DNA of 64,000 nucleotides from a virus (lineage: Duplodnaviria; Heunggongvirae; Uroviricota; Caudoviricetes; Demerecviridae): the IMG/VR virus record IMGVR_UViG_2974620188_000001, positions 48,317-112,316 of that record. One strand, written 5' to 3'. Positions 19,706 to 29,446 of the stretch are shown one piece after another. The notes under the pieces are model-generated. The model did not search any database and had not been told where the DNA came from. It saw only the letters and a list, made by a program, of their open reading frames with translations. The position numbers and the translations under genes were made by a program. Position 1 is the first letter of the stretch. The number at the start of each line of letters is the position of its first letter.

Positions 19706-22036
19706 ATGAGCCATCGCATTGAAAAAGTAATTAAACGTGACGGTACTGTAGAAGACTTTGCTCCTGAAAAACTCAATGGTTGGGCAGAGTATGGTTGCAA
19801 AACAGTTGATGTAAGTTGGTCAGCCATTACTATGGCTGCTCAAAAAACTCTACCTAAAGGGGTTGTAGATTCCGACACTCTGATGGACGCATTAATTAAA
19901 GCTGCTGAAAGTCTTATCAAAGATAACCCAGCATACGATGTGCCAGCAAAGGAATTACGTCTTGCGCAAATGCGTAAACGCCTTTATGATTCTTTCGAAC
20001 CACCTTCTCTACGTTTCTTCCATGACCATATGGTTAGCGTAGGTGCATGGGAAGACATGAGTGCATGGATTACCGATGAGCAATTTGAAGCCCTGAATCA
20101 GGTTATCGACCATGATCGTGACCGTCTTTTTACTAGTGGTGGGCTGAAGCAGTTCTTTGATAAGTATTCACGTCGTAACATAGCCACTGGTGAAATTTAC
20201 GAAACCCCGCAGTTTGCCTACATGGGTATGGCAATGGCGATGCTATCTCAACCTAACTGGACAATTCTAGATGCAATCGACCTCTACAACGCAATGTCAC
20301 TCCACAAAATCAACGTTCCTACGCCGCCACTGGTTGGTCTGCGCTCTAGTGACCGTGGATTTGCTAGTTGCTGCCTCGTGGATTCCACTGACACGTTGGA
20401 TTCAATCGACACCGCCGAGCACATCGTCTTCAAAATGGTCGCAGCCAGAGCGGGAATCGGGTATCATCTTGAAAGCCGATCAATTGCTGATCCGGTGCGA
20501 AATGGGGCATTCCCGCATTCCGGAAAACTGCCATATTATCGACACATTGACCGCTCAGTAAAGGCCAATACTCAGCAAACACGTGGTGGTTCTGCTACAG
20601 TGTCTTATCCGTACTTTGACCCTGAAATCATTCAATTGATGCAGGTTAAGCAACAACGTGCTACAGATGAGAATAAAATCGATAAGATGGATTATTCTCT
20701 GAGCTTCAACAATCTTTTACTAAAACGTTATCTGAAAAATGAAGATATTACGCTAATGTCATACTTCTATGCTCCAGAAGTTCATGAAGCGTTTTATAGT
20801 GATGACGAGGCTAAATTTGAAGAAATCTATGTGGCAGCGGAGAAACGTGTGGCATCTCTTACAAAGATCGACCACGAAGGAAAAACAGTTCCAGCAGCTC
20901 CTAAAGTCTCTGCAAAAGAAATCCTAGATACTTGGCTACGTATCCGAATGGAAACAGGACGTATGTATGCTCATCACATCGGGGAATCTAATCGTCATGG
21001 TAATTTCCTTGATCCGATCCGTATGACAAACCTTTGTGTTGAGATTACTCAGCCTACACGCCCGTTCCATCATATCACAGAGCTGTATAAGACAAAAGAG
21101 CAGCTTGATCAAATGAAGCCGGAGGATATTGGGGAAGTATCTCTGTGTAACTTAGGTGGTGTTGTACTTGGACGCATGGAATCTCTAGCTGAGTGGGAAA
21201 AAACTTGCTACATCCTTCTGAAATTCGTTGATACAATTATCGAAATTCAGGATTATCCGTTCCCAACTATGGAATATACGGCTAAGAAACGTCGTAATGT
21301 TGGTATTGGCCTAATGAACGCAGCAGGTGCAATGGCAGCAGAAGGTCTGGCTTACGAAGGTATTGAAGCCCGTAACTGGATTCACCGTGAGGCTGAAAAA
21401 CTGTCCTACTTCCTGCATAAAGCCTCTGTACGCCTAGCTAAAGAACAGGGTGCATGTGAGTGGTTTGATCGTACTAAACCATCTAAAGGAATTCTGGTAA
21501 TCGACACGTACAAGAAAACTGTTGATGAACTGGTATCCGTAGGTCTAGAAATGGATTGGGAGTCTCTACGTGCAGATATTCTGAAATATGGTATGCGTAA
21601 CTCTGTTCTGACTGCTCAGATGCCGGGAGAAAGTTCTTCTGTTCTGTTAGGTGTTACTAACTCTATCGAACCACCACGTAAGATTGTATCTATCAAGGGT
21701 AGTGCAGTGAATAAAGTAATTGCAATTGCTCCAGGTGCAACCGATTGGGAAACGTTAATGAGCTATAAACTGGCTTATGATGTAGATCGTATCGAGTGGA
21801 TCAAATGGGTAGCAACTATGCAGAAATTCTTCAGTCAGTCTATCAGTACGAATATGTACTATGACTACACCAAGTTTGAGAATGAAATCATTCCTGGCCC
21901 AGTAGTAGTTCGTGATTTCATGACTGCTGTTAAGTATGGGTGGAAAACTTGGTATTATGCTAACTTCAACACTGCAAATGGTGGAGGTGCTGGAGAAGAA
22001 GCAGCCGATTGTGCATCAGGCGGTTGTACTATTTAA
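19706..22036 (+). CDS. nrdA: ribonucleoside-diphosphate reductase large subunit NrdA (class Ia, ATP-cone)
   Basis: MSHRIEKVIKRDGTVEDF ATP-cone at the N-terminus, catalytic Cys/Asn/Glu region and C-terminal CxxC (ADCASGGC). RBS AAAGGAAAG upstream. Confidence 0.9.
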   Translation: MSHRIEKVIKRDGTVEDFAPEKLNGWAEYGCKTVDVSWSAITMAAQKTLPKGVVDSDTLMDALIKAAESLIKDNPAYDVPAKELRLAQMRKRLYDSFEPPSLRFFHDHMVSVGAWEDMSAWITDEQFEALNQVIDHDRDRLFTSGGLKQFFDKYSRRNIATGEIYETPQFAYMGMAMAMLSQPNWTILDAIDLYNAMSLHKINVPTPPLVGLRSSDRGFASCCLVDSTDTLDSIDTAEHIVFKMVAARAGIGYHLESRSIADPVRNGAFPHSGKLPYYRHIDRSVKANTQQTRGGSATVSYPYFDPEIIQLMQVKQQRATDENKIDKMDYSLSFNNLLLKRYLKNEDITLMSYFYAPEVHEAFYSDDEAKFEEIYVAAEKRVASLTKIDHEGKTVPAAPKVSAKEILDTWLRIRMETGRMYAHHIGESNRHGNFLDPIRMTNLCVEITQPTRPFHHITELYKTKEQLDQMKPEDIGEVSLCNLGGVVLGRMESLAEWEKTCYILLKFVDTIIEIQDYPFPTMEYTAKKRRNVGIGLMNAAGAMAAEGLAYEGIEARNWIHREAEKLSYFLHKASVRLAKEQGACEWFDRTKPSKGILVIDTYKKTVDELVSVGLEMDWESLRADILKYGMRNSVLTAQMPGESSSVLLGVTNSIEPPRKIVSIKGSAVNKVIAIAPGATDWETLMSYKLAYDVDRIEWIKWVATMQKFFSQSISTNMYYDYTKFENEIIPGPVVVRDFMTAVKYGWKTWYYANFNTANGGGAGEEAADCASGGCTI

Positions 22037-22043
22037 TAAAAAC

Positions 22044-22070
22044 AAGGAGATCTTCGGGTCTCCTTTTTCT
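22044..22070 (+). terminator. rho-independent terminator after nrdA
   Basis: AAGGAGATC-TTCG-GGTCTCCTT hairpin (UUCG tetraloop) followed by a T5 run. Confidence 0.65.
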
Positions 22071-22142
22071 TTGAAATTTTACTTGCTAATCGCTACCAGA
22101 TTTGCTATAATATTCCTGAAATAGTGAGAAAGAGGAAAATCA

Positions 22143-23288
22143 ATGACTACTTTACTAAACCTGAATTGGGATCATACTAACGCTGACCTTTTCCTGGGAG
22201 ATTCTCTAGGTATCGCAGATTATGTACGTGTAGCACATCCAGAACTAGAACGTCTGGCACTTCTGCAACGCTCTCAATTTTGGACTGAAACTGAAATCAG
22301 TCTGGAAGCAGATAAGAAACAATGGCCTAATCTCCCGCGTGAAATTCAGGAAATTACACTCCTGAACTTAGCATGGCAGACTCAAACTGATTCCTTTATC
22401 AGTCGTGCCCCTGAAGCAGCTATTATGCCGCTCGTAAGTCGTCCAGAATTGGAAGGTATGCTCAAACAGTGGAGCTATTTTGAAGACCTGCATAGTCGTG
22501 CTTATAGCAATATTATTCGTAATGTGCTGACTGATCCAGCAGAATTTATTGATTCTGTAACCAAAAACCAAGAAGCATTTGCACGTATCGCTGATTCTGT
22601 TGAACTATTCGATGAACTGTACCAGTTAGGTCAGTATTTCATTGCAGTACGCGATCATCGTGGCGACAATACATACCCAGAAACGGAGTTCCCTGAAGTT
22701 AAACGTGAAACTCAGGCTAAACTATTAGACGCTTACTTTGCTATCTATGGTCTGGAAGCAATGCAGTTTTACGCATCCTTTGCATGTACCTTTGCATTAG
22801 CAGAGAACGATATTCTGCAAGGTATTGCTAAAAATCTGCAATTAATCGCTAAAGATGAAGCTCTGCACACTCAGATGTCCAAAGCAATCATCCAGATTAT
22901 GTTCCAGCAGTTTGACAAAGACCTGGTGGATGGAGCAGTGGCTAAAGCACCAGCACAGCTCCTGAAAACTCTGAAAACTGAAATTGAATGGGGTCATTTC
23001 ATTTTCAAAGGTCGTAGTCTGATTGGCTTGAATGCAGAACTTCTAGAAGAATATCTGTACTTTGTGGGGCGTAATGCATTTATGCACATCGGTGTAGAAT
23101 GGCCTAGTCACTTACCAGTAATCACCAAAAACCCTATTCCGTGGATCATGAACTGGTTGGATACCACTTCTTTACAGCCTGCTCCACAAGAAATCCAGAT
23201 TGGTGCAGCCTACCGTGTAGGTCAGGTAACTGAGACCTCTACGGATACTCTGAAAGATCTGGGTAATGAATTTGGAGATTTCTTATGA
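22143..23288 (+). CDS. nrdB: ribonucleoside-diphosphate reductase small subunit NrdB
   Basis: 381 aa with di-iron ligand pattern and a tyrosyl-radical region. Promoter TTGCTA...TATAAT immediately upstream. Confidence 0.85.
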   Translation: MTTLLNLNWDHTNADLFLGDSLGIADYVRVAHPELERLALLQRSQFWTETEISLEADKKQWPNLPREIQEITLLNLAWQTQTDSFISRAPEAAIMPLVSRPELEGMLKQWSYFEDLHSRAYSNIIRNVLTDPAEFIDSVTKNQEAFARIADSVELFDELYQLGQYFIAVRDHRGDNTYPETEFPEVKRETQAKLLDAYFAIYGLEAMQFYASFACTFALAENDILQGIAKNLQLIAKDEALHTQMSKAIIQIMFQQFDKDLVDGAVAKAPAQLLKTLKTEIEWGHFIFKGRSLIGLNAELLEEYLYFVGRNAFMHIGVEWPSHLPVITKNPIPWIMNWLDTTSLQPAPQEIQIGAAYRVGQVTETSTDTLKDLGNEFGDFL

Positions 23289-23818
23289 TTACAGCAATGT
23301 ATGCAGTTGGGCCGAATGGGGAGTTCGGCCTCCGCGGTAAACTTCCATGGGGTTCCTTCAAAGAAGAACTAGATGCTTTCTATTCTCAACTGGACATGTT
23401 GAATCCAGATAACATCATCATTGGTGCGGGTACTTATTTAGCTCTCCCAGAAGTTGTTCGGCAACGTATGATTGGAGAATCCGACCTCTTTATTCGTGCG
23501 GATCGTCCTCTGCCCGATGATATTAAACATGGTATCTATACCCCAATTTCAAAGATTGGGGATACATTACCTACATTCTTAAAAGATCAACAGACAGTGG
23601 TTTTAGGTGGTGCAACATTACTGTACGAAATGTATATTCATGGACATATTGAAAGTGCTTTTGTATCCACAATCTTTAGTAATCAAAAACTAGAGGCAGA
23701 TGTACATCTGGATAATACGATTCTAGATTACAACTATGAATCTACTCGTTTAGTTTACGCAACTGGCGCAAACAGTGATAACAGCCTGCGATTTGTACAG
23801 GAATTGGTTACTTATTAA
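23285..23818 (+). CDS. frd: dihydrofolate reductase
   Basis: 177 aa with MYAVGPNGEFGLRGKLPW, IIIGAGTY and VVLGGATLL motifs. 4-nt overlap with nrdB; directly precedes thyA. Confidence 0.65.
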   Translation: MITAMYAVGPNGEFGLRGKLPWGSFKEELDAFYSQLDMLNPDNIIIGAGTYLALPEVVRQRMIGESDLFIRADRPLPDDIKHGIYTPISKIGDTLPTFLKDQQTVVLGGATLLYEMYIHGHIESAFVSTIFSNQKLEADVHLDNTILDYNYESTRLVYATGANSDNSLRFVQELVTY

Positions 23819-24657
23819 TGCAACAATACTTAAAAATTTTGACAGATGTAATTTTACTAGGTGAACCCCGTAATGACCGTACAGGAACAGGCACAGTTTC
23901 AATTTTTGATTCCTATGCTAAGTTCGATCTACGTGAGGGATTCCCAGCTGTAACCACTAAACGTCTAGCTTGGAAATCCGTAGTAGGAGAACTCTTATGG
24001 TTCTTGTCTGGTTCCACAAACCTTCATGATCTACGTGTATTCACATTTGGTCGTGACGAAGGACAGTGGACCATCTGGACTCCAAATTATGAAGACCAAG
24101 CTATAAGTATGGGTTATGATAAGGGTAATCTAGGGCCAGTATATGGTAAACAGTGGCGCAACTTTGGTGGGAGAGATCAGATTCTAGAACTTATTGAAGG
24201 ACTCAAGAATAATCCTCATGGCCGCAGACATCTAGTTTCTGCATGGAACGTAGCTGAACTTGATAAAATGGCATTACCACCATGTCACTACGGCTTCCAG
24301 TGCTATGTAAGTAACGATGGATACCTAGATCTTAAATGGACCCAACGTTCTGTAGATTGTTTCCTCGGTTTACCTTTCAATATTGCTAGTTATGCTTTAT
24401 TAACGCACATATTAGCAAAACTGACAGGATTAAAACCTCGTTATCTTATCTTTAGTGGCGGTGATACTCATATCTATAATGACCACATGGAACAGGTAGA
24501 AGAGCAGGTAAAACGTAAACCTCGTGCTTTACCTACTCTAGTAATGCCAGAGTTTGTAGATCTTTACGATTTATTAGAAAATAATACGGCAGCTTGGTCC
24601 TTCCAGCTTGAAGGATATGATCCGCATCCGGCTCTTAAAGCTAGAATGTCCTCTTAA
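23818..24657 (+). CDS. thyA: thymidylate synthase ThyA
   Basis: Motifs LGPVYGKQWRNFGG, active-site PCHYGFQCYV and QRSVD. Confidence 0.9.
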   Translation: MQQYLKILTDVILLGEPRNDRTGTGTVSIFDSYAKFDLREGFPAVTTKRLAWKSVVGELLWFLSGSTNLHDLRVFTFGRDEGQWTIWTPNYEDQAISMGYDKGNLGPVYGKQWRNFGGRDQILELIEGLKNNPHGRRHLVSAWNVAELDKMALPPCHYGFQCYVSNDGYLDLKWTQRSVDCFLGLPFNIASYALLTHILAKLTGLKPRYLIFSGGDTHIYNDHMEQVEEQVKRKPRALPTLVMPEFVDLYDLLENNTAAWSFQLEGYDPHPALKARMSS

Positions 24658-24663
24658 CTTAAA

Positions 24664-24687
24664 TAGCCCTTCGGGGCTATTATATTT
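24664..24687 (+). terminator. rho-independent terminator after thyA
   Basis: TAGCCC-TTCG-GGGCTA hairpin followed by a T-rich tract. Confidence 0.6.
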
Positions 24688-24696
24688 AAATTTCAT

Positions 24697-24725
24697 TTGC
24701 TTATTTAGTGAAATTTAAATATAAT
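24697..24725 (+). promoter_or_regulatory. T5-type early promoter
   Basis: TTGCTT-17 nt-TATAAT with conserved leader TTATAAATTGGAGG. Confidence 0.6.
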
Positions 24726-24750
24726 ATATTTTATAAATTGGAGGTATACA

Positions 24751-25032
24751 ATGATTTCAGCCAAAGAAGCCCAAGAACTTGCAGGATTAACAGAAGTACC
24801 CGCATTTCTAAAGTTTATAGAAGAAAAGATTGTAGAAGCTGCTAAGTCTGGAAATACAGAAGTAATTATTCGAGATAATCCTTACGCTAGGTGGCTATAT
24901 AATCCTAGAGAAATGCCAGGAGCCGCTAAATCGGTACTAAAAACCTTATCGGATAAGGGGTATCATCTCTCACAATACTACCGAGAAGCCGCCTTTGTAG
25001 ACATGGGTCTTAAAATTAGTTGGGAGGTATAA
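24751..25032 (+). CDS. hypothetical protein (93 aa)
   Basis: ORF with RBS GGAGG. Confidence 0.5.
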   Translation: MISAKEAQELAGLTEVPAFLKFIEEKIVEAAKSGNTEVIIRDNPYARWLYNPREMPGAAKSVLKTLSDKGYHLSQYYREAAFVDMGLKISWEV

Positions 25033-25508
25033 TGTCGGTTTTCCACATTTACACAGATGGCGCTTGTAAGTCCAACCCTGGCCCAGGTGCTTGGGGATTT
25101 ATTGTCTATGATGATAATGATGATCGTTTAGGTTCTAAATCTGGTTATAATCCTAAAACCACAAATAACGAGATGGAACTCACAGCTATTGTAGAAGCTC
25201 TACGTTGGTCCGTTAAAAAAGATAATAGACCAATTGCTATCTATACTGACTCTGCTTATTGCAAAAATGGTATGGAAAGTTGGATGTTTTCTTGGCAAAG
25301 GAAAGGCTGGAAGAAAGCAGATGGTGAAGTTCCTCTTAATCTAGAACTTTGGCAGGAAGCATTTAAATTAACACAGCAGTATATCAACTTTCATAATACT
25401 AATCCTACTTTTATTAAGGTTAAAGGACATTCTGGTATTAGTGGTAATGAAGCTGTAGACGCCTTATGTAACACAGTTATTACTGAGCAAGAACTTGCCG
25501 AGATGTGA
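25032..25508 (+). CDS. rnhA: ribonuclease H (RNase HI)
   Basis: MSVFHIYTDGACKSNPGPGAWG... with DEDD catalytic pattern. ATG at 25032 behind RBS GGGAGG. Confidence 0.75.
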   Translation: MSVFHIYTDGACKSNPGPGAWGFIVYDDNDDRLGSKSGYNPKTTNNEMELTAIVEALRWSVKKDNRPIAIYTDSAYCKNGMESWMFSWQRKGWKKADGEVPLNLELWQEAFKLTQQYINFHNTNPTFIKVKGHSGISGNEAVDALCNTVITEQELAEM

Positions 25509-25528
25509 TAAATAAATTAAAAATTTTC

Positions 25529-25557
25529 TTGCTTAAAGCCCTATAATTTAGTATAAT
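25529..25557 (+). promoter_or_regulatory. T5-type early promoter
   Basis: TTGCTT-17 nt-TATAAT. Confidence 0.6.
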
Positions 25558-25584
25558 ATTCGTATTGAAAGTGAGGAGGGCTTT

Positions 25585-25863
25585 ATGCGAATTTATAACT
25601 CAAATTCATTAGGATTTAAACCATTGAGAAAACGTGCACAATCACCTCGTCAAATAAGAAAGGCTAATATTGGTGAGCCAGAGACACGCCTTCCACCTCC
25701 TCCAGAACAACGTTTAGTTTATTTGGATGAAGAATTAGCTGAACGCGAAAGAAAAGCTCAAGAAGAGATTGAGCGTAAGAAAATGTGTACTGCTCCGGCG
25801 TATAATAAAGGAGCGTATCAATATGTTTCCGATGCAGAACAAGCCAAGATGGTTGGTAGATAA
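25585..25863 (+). CDS. hypothetical protein (92 aa)
   Basis: ORF with RBS GAGGAGG. Confidence 0.5.
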   Translation: MRIYNSNSLGFKPLRKRAQSPRQIRKANIGEPETRLPPPPEQRLVYLDEELAERERKAQEEIERKKMCTAPAYNKGAYQYVSDAEQAKMVGR

Positions 25864-25878
25864 TTTTTAAAAAATTCA

Positions 25879-25908
25879 TTTGCTAAACGCTTCAAATTAC
25901 CGTATAAT
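25879..25908 (+). promoter_or_regulatory. T5-type early promoter
   Basis: TTGCTA-18 nt-TATAAT. Confidence 0.6.
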
Positions 25909-25946
25909 ATACTTCATAAATTGATAAACAAAAAGGAAAATAAATA

Positions 25947-26462
25947 ATGGCTAAGCAGAAAAACGCAAAAACTCAAGCAGCCCCGGCAGTTAAAACTTTC
26001 CCTCAGACTGAGGCTAACCGCAAAGCTCGTCTGGAACGCCACCTGCGCAAGCACCCTACTGATGCTCAAGCTGCACAGGCACTGAATCGTCCGGCTCCGA
26101 TTCGTCAAAAGCCGAAGGCTAAGAATGCTACTCGTTCTGTAGCCCGCCTTGTGACCTATGTACAGGGTTATGGTCACAAATCTGTTCCAGTAGCACTGAG
26201 TTTCAATGCTGGAGCAGAATTGTTCCCTCGTAATGGCATGGCCATGAAAGATTACGAGAAAGCAGTTAACCAGAAACGCAAACCAACGGCAGATGTACTG
26301 CGTGATGCTCGTGGACAGTTTGGTTCTGTTAAGCCAAATATCTTCGGTGTAGAGTATAGCAAAGATAACGTTCGTGCTCTGTGTTACGGTGTAGGCATTA
26401 AGTTCACGGGTGATTCTGCTCGTAAATCTGCTAAACCAGCTCGTAAACGTAAAGCGAAGTAA
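25947..26462 (+). CDS. basic Lys/Arg-rich protein (171 aa), possible nucleic-acid binding
   Basis: ORF with RBS AAGGAAAA. The terminator hairpin AGGGGCTTCTGCCCCT follows at 26470-26490. Confidence 0.5.
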   Translation: MAKQKNAKTQAAPAVKTFPQTEANRKARLERHLRKHPTDAQAAQALNRPAPIRQKPKAKNATRSVARLVTYVQGYGHKSVPVALSFNAGAELFPRNGMAMKDYEKAVNQKRKPTADVLRDARGQFGSVKPNIFGVEYSKDNVRALCYGVGIKFTGDSARKSAKPARKRKAK

Positions 26463-26525
26463 TAGATAAATAGGGGCTTCTGCCCCTAGAATCTACTAAT
26501 TCTCTAACTAATCAAGGATATTTTT

Positions 26526-26741
26526 ATGTTCTCTAAGAAACCACGTTCTGTTACTGAAATCGTTGCTTCCTTTACCACTATCACTGATGAGCTTCAAGCT
26601 CGTATTGAGGCTGATCAAAAAATTGCTGCGGATATTCAGAAACAGCAGGAAGAACTCGCTTTAAAGTTGGCTGAAACCAACAAGAGTGAAAAATCTGCCC
26701 AAACTATTATGGAAAATATCCTTAAACTGCTGGGCAAGTGA
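26526..26741 (+). CDS. hypothetical protein (71 aa)
   Basis: ORF with RBS AAGGA. Terminator GGGGGCTTTCGCCCC + T-run at 26750-26775. Confidence 0.5.
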   Translation: MFSKKPRSVTEIVASFTTITDELQARIEADQKIAADIQKQQEELALKLAETNKSEKSAQTIMENILKLLGK

Positions 26742-26783
26742 TTTAAATCAGGGGGCTTTCGCCCCTCATATTTTGGAGAAACT

Positions 26784-27005
26784 ATGCGTAATTTTGTAGC
26801 AAAGAATGATTTTAACCGTGCTAGCACTCATAAGTCTGCTAGAGATTATACACGACTTTCTAGTCATGAGGTAATGGATCTAGCAGTGGATGAGTTAGAC
26901 TTAGAGGACCTCTATATGGAGGAGAACTGGGATGTCGGTGAGGATATGCTTCCTGTTTTTAAAGACCCCAAGAAGTGGGAGTCTATTAAAGAGACAGCTC
27001 TTTAA
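26784..27005 (+). CDS. hypothetical protein (73 aa)
   Basis: ORF with RBS GGAGAAAC. Confidence 0.45.
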   Translation: MRNFVAKNDFNRASTHKSARDYTRLSSHEVMDLAVDELDLEDLYMEENWDVGEDMLPVFKDPKKWESIKETAL

Positions 27006-27033
27006 TAGTTTTCTACACAATAAAGGATAAGTT

Positions 27034-27735
27034 ATGAAAGTAAAACCATTTGGTATGCTAGATATTGAATCTCTAGGAACTCCAGGAGATTGTGGTACTA
27101 CTCATATCGCAATGCCTTCTTTCGCTTTTGTGGCTATGCATGGGATTGATAAAGACCCTGATCTAGTATTTGTCACTTTGGATGTGCAAGATCAGCTTAA
27201 TTCTGGTGCCAAAGTTACAGCATCTACTCTAGCATTCTGGATGGATCAAGCTAAAAATAGCCCGTCTGCTATCCATATTATGGAAGCTATGAAGGAACGT
27301 AATCCAAAACTGATTGCCTTCCAAAATGGTAAACATCATTGCACTAATAAACTCGGCTCTAACTATGCTGCCTACTCTATGGCTCAAAATATTATGGAAT
27401 TGGCTCTCGGTGACAATGCTTTGTACTATGGCAATGGCCCAGAGTTTGATATGACTATCTACTCTGCAAACACGTTCCATGCTGGAACCAATGGAGAGGT
27501 AGTTCCGTGGAAATTCTGGAATTTGGGTAATGTTCGATCTCTCCGTAATCTCTGGATGCAAGCTGGTTATAGTTATAAAGCTCTAGAGACCGAAGGTATT
27601 AGCTGGGCAATAGCTAAAATGGAGAAGATGGACACCATTCGTTATGGGATCTATCCGGTTAAGCACGACCCAGCATTCGACGCCTTAGTTGAGAGCTATT
27701 GTGTTGCAGCTATGATCGAAAAAATGAAAATTTGA
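27034..27735 (+). CDS. DnaQ-like 3'-5' exonuclease (DEDDh, DexA-like)
   Basis: Exo I motif MLDIESLG (D-x-E) and Exo III motif HDPAFDA (H-x4-D). 233 aa, similar in size to T4 DexA. Confidence 0.5.
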   Translation: MKVKPFGMLDIESLGTPGDCGTTHIAMPSFAFVAMHGIDKDPDLVFVTLDVQDQLNSGAKVTASTLAFWMDQAKNSPSAIHIMEAMKERNPKLIAFQNGKHHCTNKLGSNYAAYSMAQNIMELALGDNALYYGNGPEFDMTIYSANTFHAGTNGEVVPWKFWNLGNVRSLRNLWMQAGYSYKALETEGISWAIAKMEKMDTIRYGIYPVKHDPAFDALVESYCVAAMIEKMKI

Positions 27736-27736
27736 T

Positions 27737-27765
27737 TTGCTTCCGGCTCCAAAATTCTGTATAAT
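27737..27765 (+). promoter_or_regulatory. T5-type early promoter
   Basis: TTGCTT-17 nt-TATAAT with leader CATAAATTTGAG. Confidence 0.6.
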
Positions 27766-27805
27766 ATATTCATAAATTTGAGAAAACAATAAGAGGAAAA
27801 CAAAT

Positions 27806-27989
27806 ATGCCAGTATCTAAAAATGTTCGTAAAAAATGGTAAGAAAGCTACTCGTAATCTGGGTATCCGTCGTATGGCTGAACGTCAATCAGGTATCCAGA
27901 AAATCTTTGATCTGCTAAATCGTGCTAATCCTAAAATTGATAACAGTAACGATACTGTTCTACGCACTCTGCTGGCAATTGGTCTGTAA
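27806..27989 (+). pseudogene. small ORF interrupted at an A6 homopolymer (would encode a 59-aa basic protein if A5)
   Basis: ATG with strong RBS AAGAGGAAAA. Frame 1 stops after 11 codons at ...AAAAAATGGTAA. The +1 frame continues coding-like (GKKATRNLGIRRMAERQSGIQKIFDLLNRANPKIDNSNDTVLRTLLAIGL) to TAA at 27987-27989. Confidence 0.35.
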
Positions 27990-28042
27990 TAGACCAACTT
28001 TAAACAAATTCAAATCTCAAACTTCATATAAGGAAGCAAATA

Positions 28043-28681
28043 ATGACTACTCGTATTTCTAAAACTCGCGCTCTAGCAACTATCAAGTCTCTGGAAGCTA
28101 AAATCCGTAAAGCTACTGAACAGCAGCTTCTGATAGCTGTTGGTGAAGGTAAGGATAAAAACCAGGTTGTAGTTGGCGCTGCAATCGAAGTAGCTGATCT
28201 GTCTACTCGTATTAAGACTGATTTCCAGTCTCTGCTGGATATGATGTCCCAGCGTGATCGTATCAAAGCTGCTCTGATTAAAAGCAATGCGGAAACAATC
28301 GTTGAGATTGGCTCTCGTAAGATGACTGTTGCGGAAGCAATTGAAGCTAAGCGTTCTATGGAACTTAAAGCTCAACTGCTGGCTAACATGCGTAAGCAGT
28401 TCCATGCCGCTACGGTTAAGTTTAATACGCAGAAAGCACAGTTTGATGCTAAATATGAGCGTTTGCAGGATAGCATGGCTACCCGCGATAAGAAAACTTC
28501 CGAAGATGAAGTTAAAATGCAGCTCAACCTGCTGGAACTCAAGAATACTCCATTCTTGATTGATCCGCTGGAACTGGAAAAGCTGATTAAGCAGCATGAC
28601 GAGGAATATCAGGACTTTGCAACAAATGTTGACTTTGTTCTGTCCGAGTCTAACGCCTCTACCTTCATTGAAGTAGAGTAA
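28043..28681 (+). CDS. hypothetical coiled-coil protein (212 aa)
   Basis: ORF with RBS AGGAAG. The antisense 216-aa ORF in the track has poor codon usage. Confidence 0.55.
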   Translation: MTTRISKTRALATIKSLEAKIRKATEQQLLIAVGEGKDKNQVVVGAAIEVADLSTRIKTDFQSLLDMMSQRDRIKAALIKSNAETIVEIGSRKMTVAEAIEAKRSMELKAQLLANMRKQFHAATVKFNTQKAQFDAKYERLQDSMATRDKKTSEDEVKMQLNLLELKNTPFLIDPLELEKLIKQHDEEYQDFATNVDFVLSESNASTFIEVE

Positions 28682-29064
28682 TAATTTAAAAGCTAGTAAA
28701 TCGGTAGACGAAAGCCCAAGCATCTTACCTCGCAGCAGCGGTTGAAATACGAGGTTAAATAAGACCGCTGACCATACTATAAAGTATAATCTATTGGAGA
28801 TTATGTTTATTACACCAGCCTTTTAAGCTGACACGTAAGAACAAAGCGTCGTTGATATTACCGACACAACTTCAAAGATCAACATTTAAGTATGAAAGCT
28901 GAAAAGTTTAAAGAACTCAAACTTCTAAACTTCTAAAGCTAAAAGATGCAAAGTATTCGTTGATGATTCAAACCCTAGATCAAAGGTACATGGCTCGTAA
29001 GATATGGCCTGTGGCGCCTCTAGGCTGTTTATCGGTTTACTAGTTTCACAATTTAAAAATGTAT

Positions 29065-29093
29065 TTGCTAATTTATTAAGTTTTCTGTATAAT
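29065..29093 (+). promoter_or_regulatory. T5-type early promoter
   Basis: TTGCTA-17 nt-TATAAT. Confidence 0.6.
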
Positions 29094-29123
29094 ATATTTT
29101 TAAATTGATGAAACGAGGCTATT

Positions 29124-29441
29124 ATGACTTTTCATATTTTGATTGATGATGTGCGTAATCTTCACGGAATGGACATCATCATTCGAACCCCAGAAGCCGC
29201 TGTAGAGTTTCTGAATAAAACTGATACCACAGGCCACTTCGTTTATATGGATAATGACTTGGCTGTAGATGGTATGGAAGGTTATCAAATTCTTCGTTTA
29301 CTCTTAGAATTTGGGCAGAGACCAAAGAAAGTGGTACTAGTAACCTCGAACCCAGTAGCTAAGCAAAATATGCGTAATGATTTGCTTGACTTAGGGTATA
29401 AAGAAAATCCCAATCGTGTTGAGTATGATTGGCAGGAGTAA
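29124..29441 (+). CDS. hypothetical protein with CheY-like receiver-domain pattern (105 aa)
   Basis: Residue pattern ILIDDV ... YMDNDL ... VVLVTSNP ... K, spaced like the DD / D / T / K residues of a receiver domain. Fold assignment is speculative. Confidence 0.45.
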   Translation: MTFHILIDDVRNLHGMDIIIRTPEAAVEFLNKTDTTGHFVYMDNDLAVDGMEGYQILRLLLEFGQRPKKVVLVTSNPVAKQNMRNDLLDLGYKENPNRVEYDWQE

Positions 29442-29446
29442 AAAGA

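Noticed and set aside
28073-28723. 216-aa minus-strand ORF antisense to the 28043..28681 gene
   Set aside because: The plus-strand ORF has the RBS, phage codon usage and promoter context. The antisense ORF is Leu/Phe/Ser-rich, as expected when reading AT-rich coding DNA backwards.
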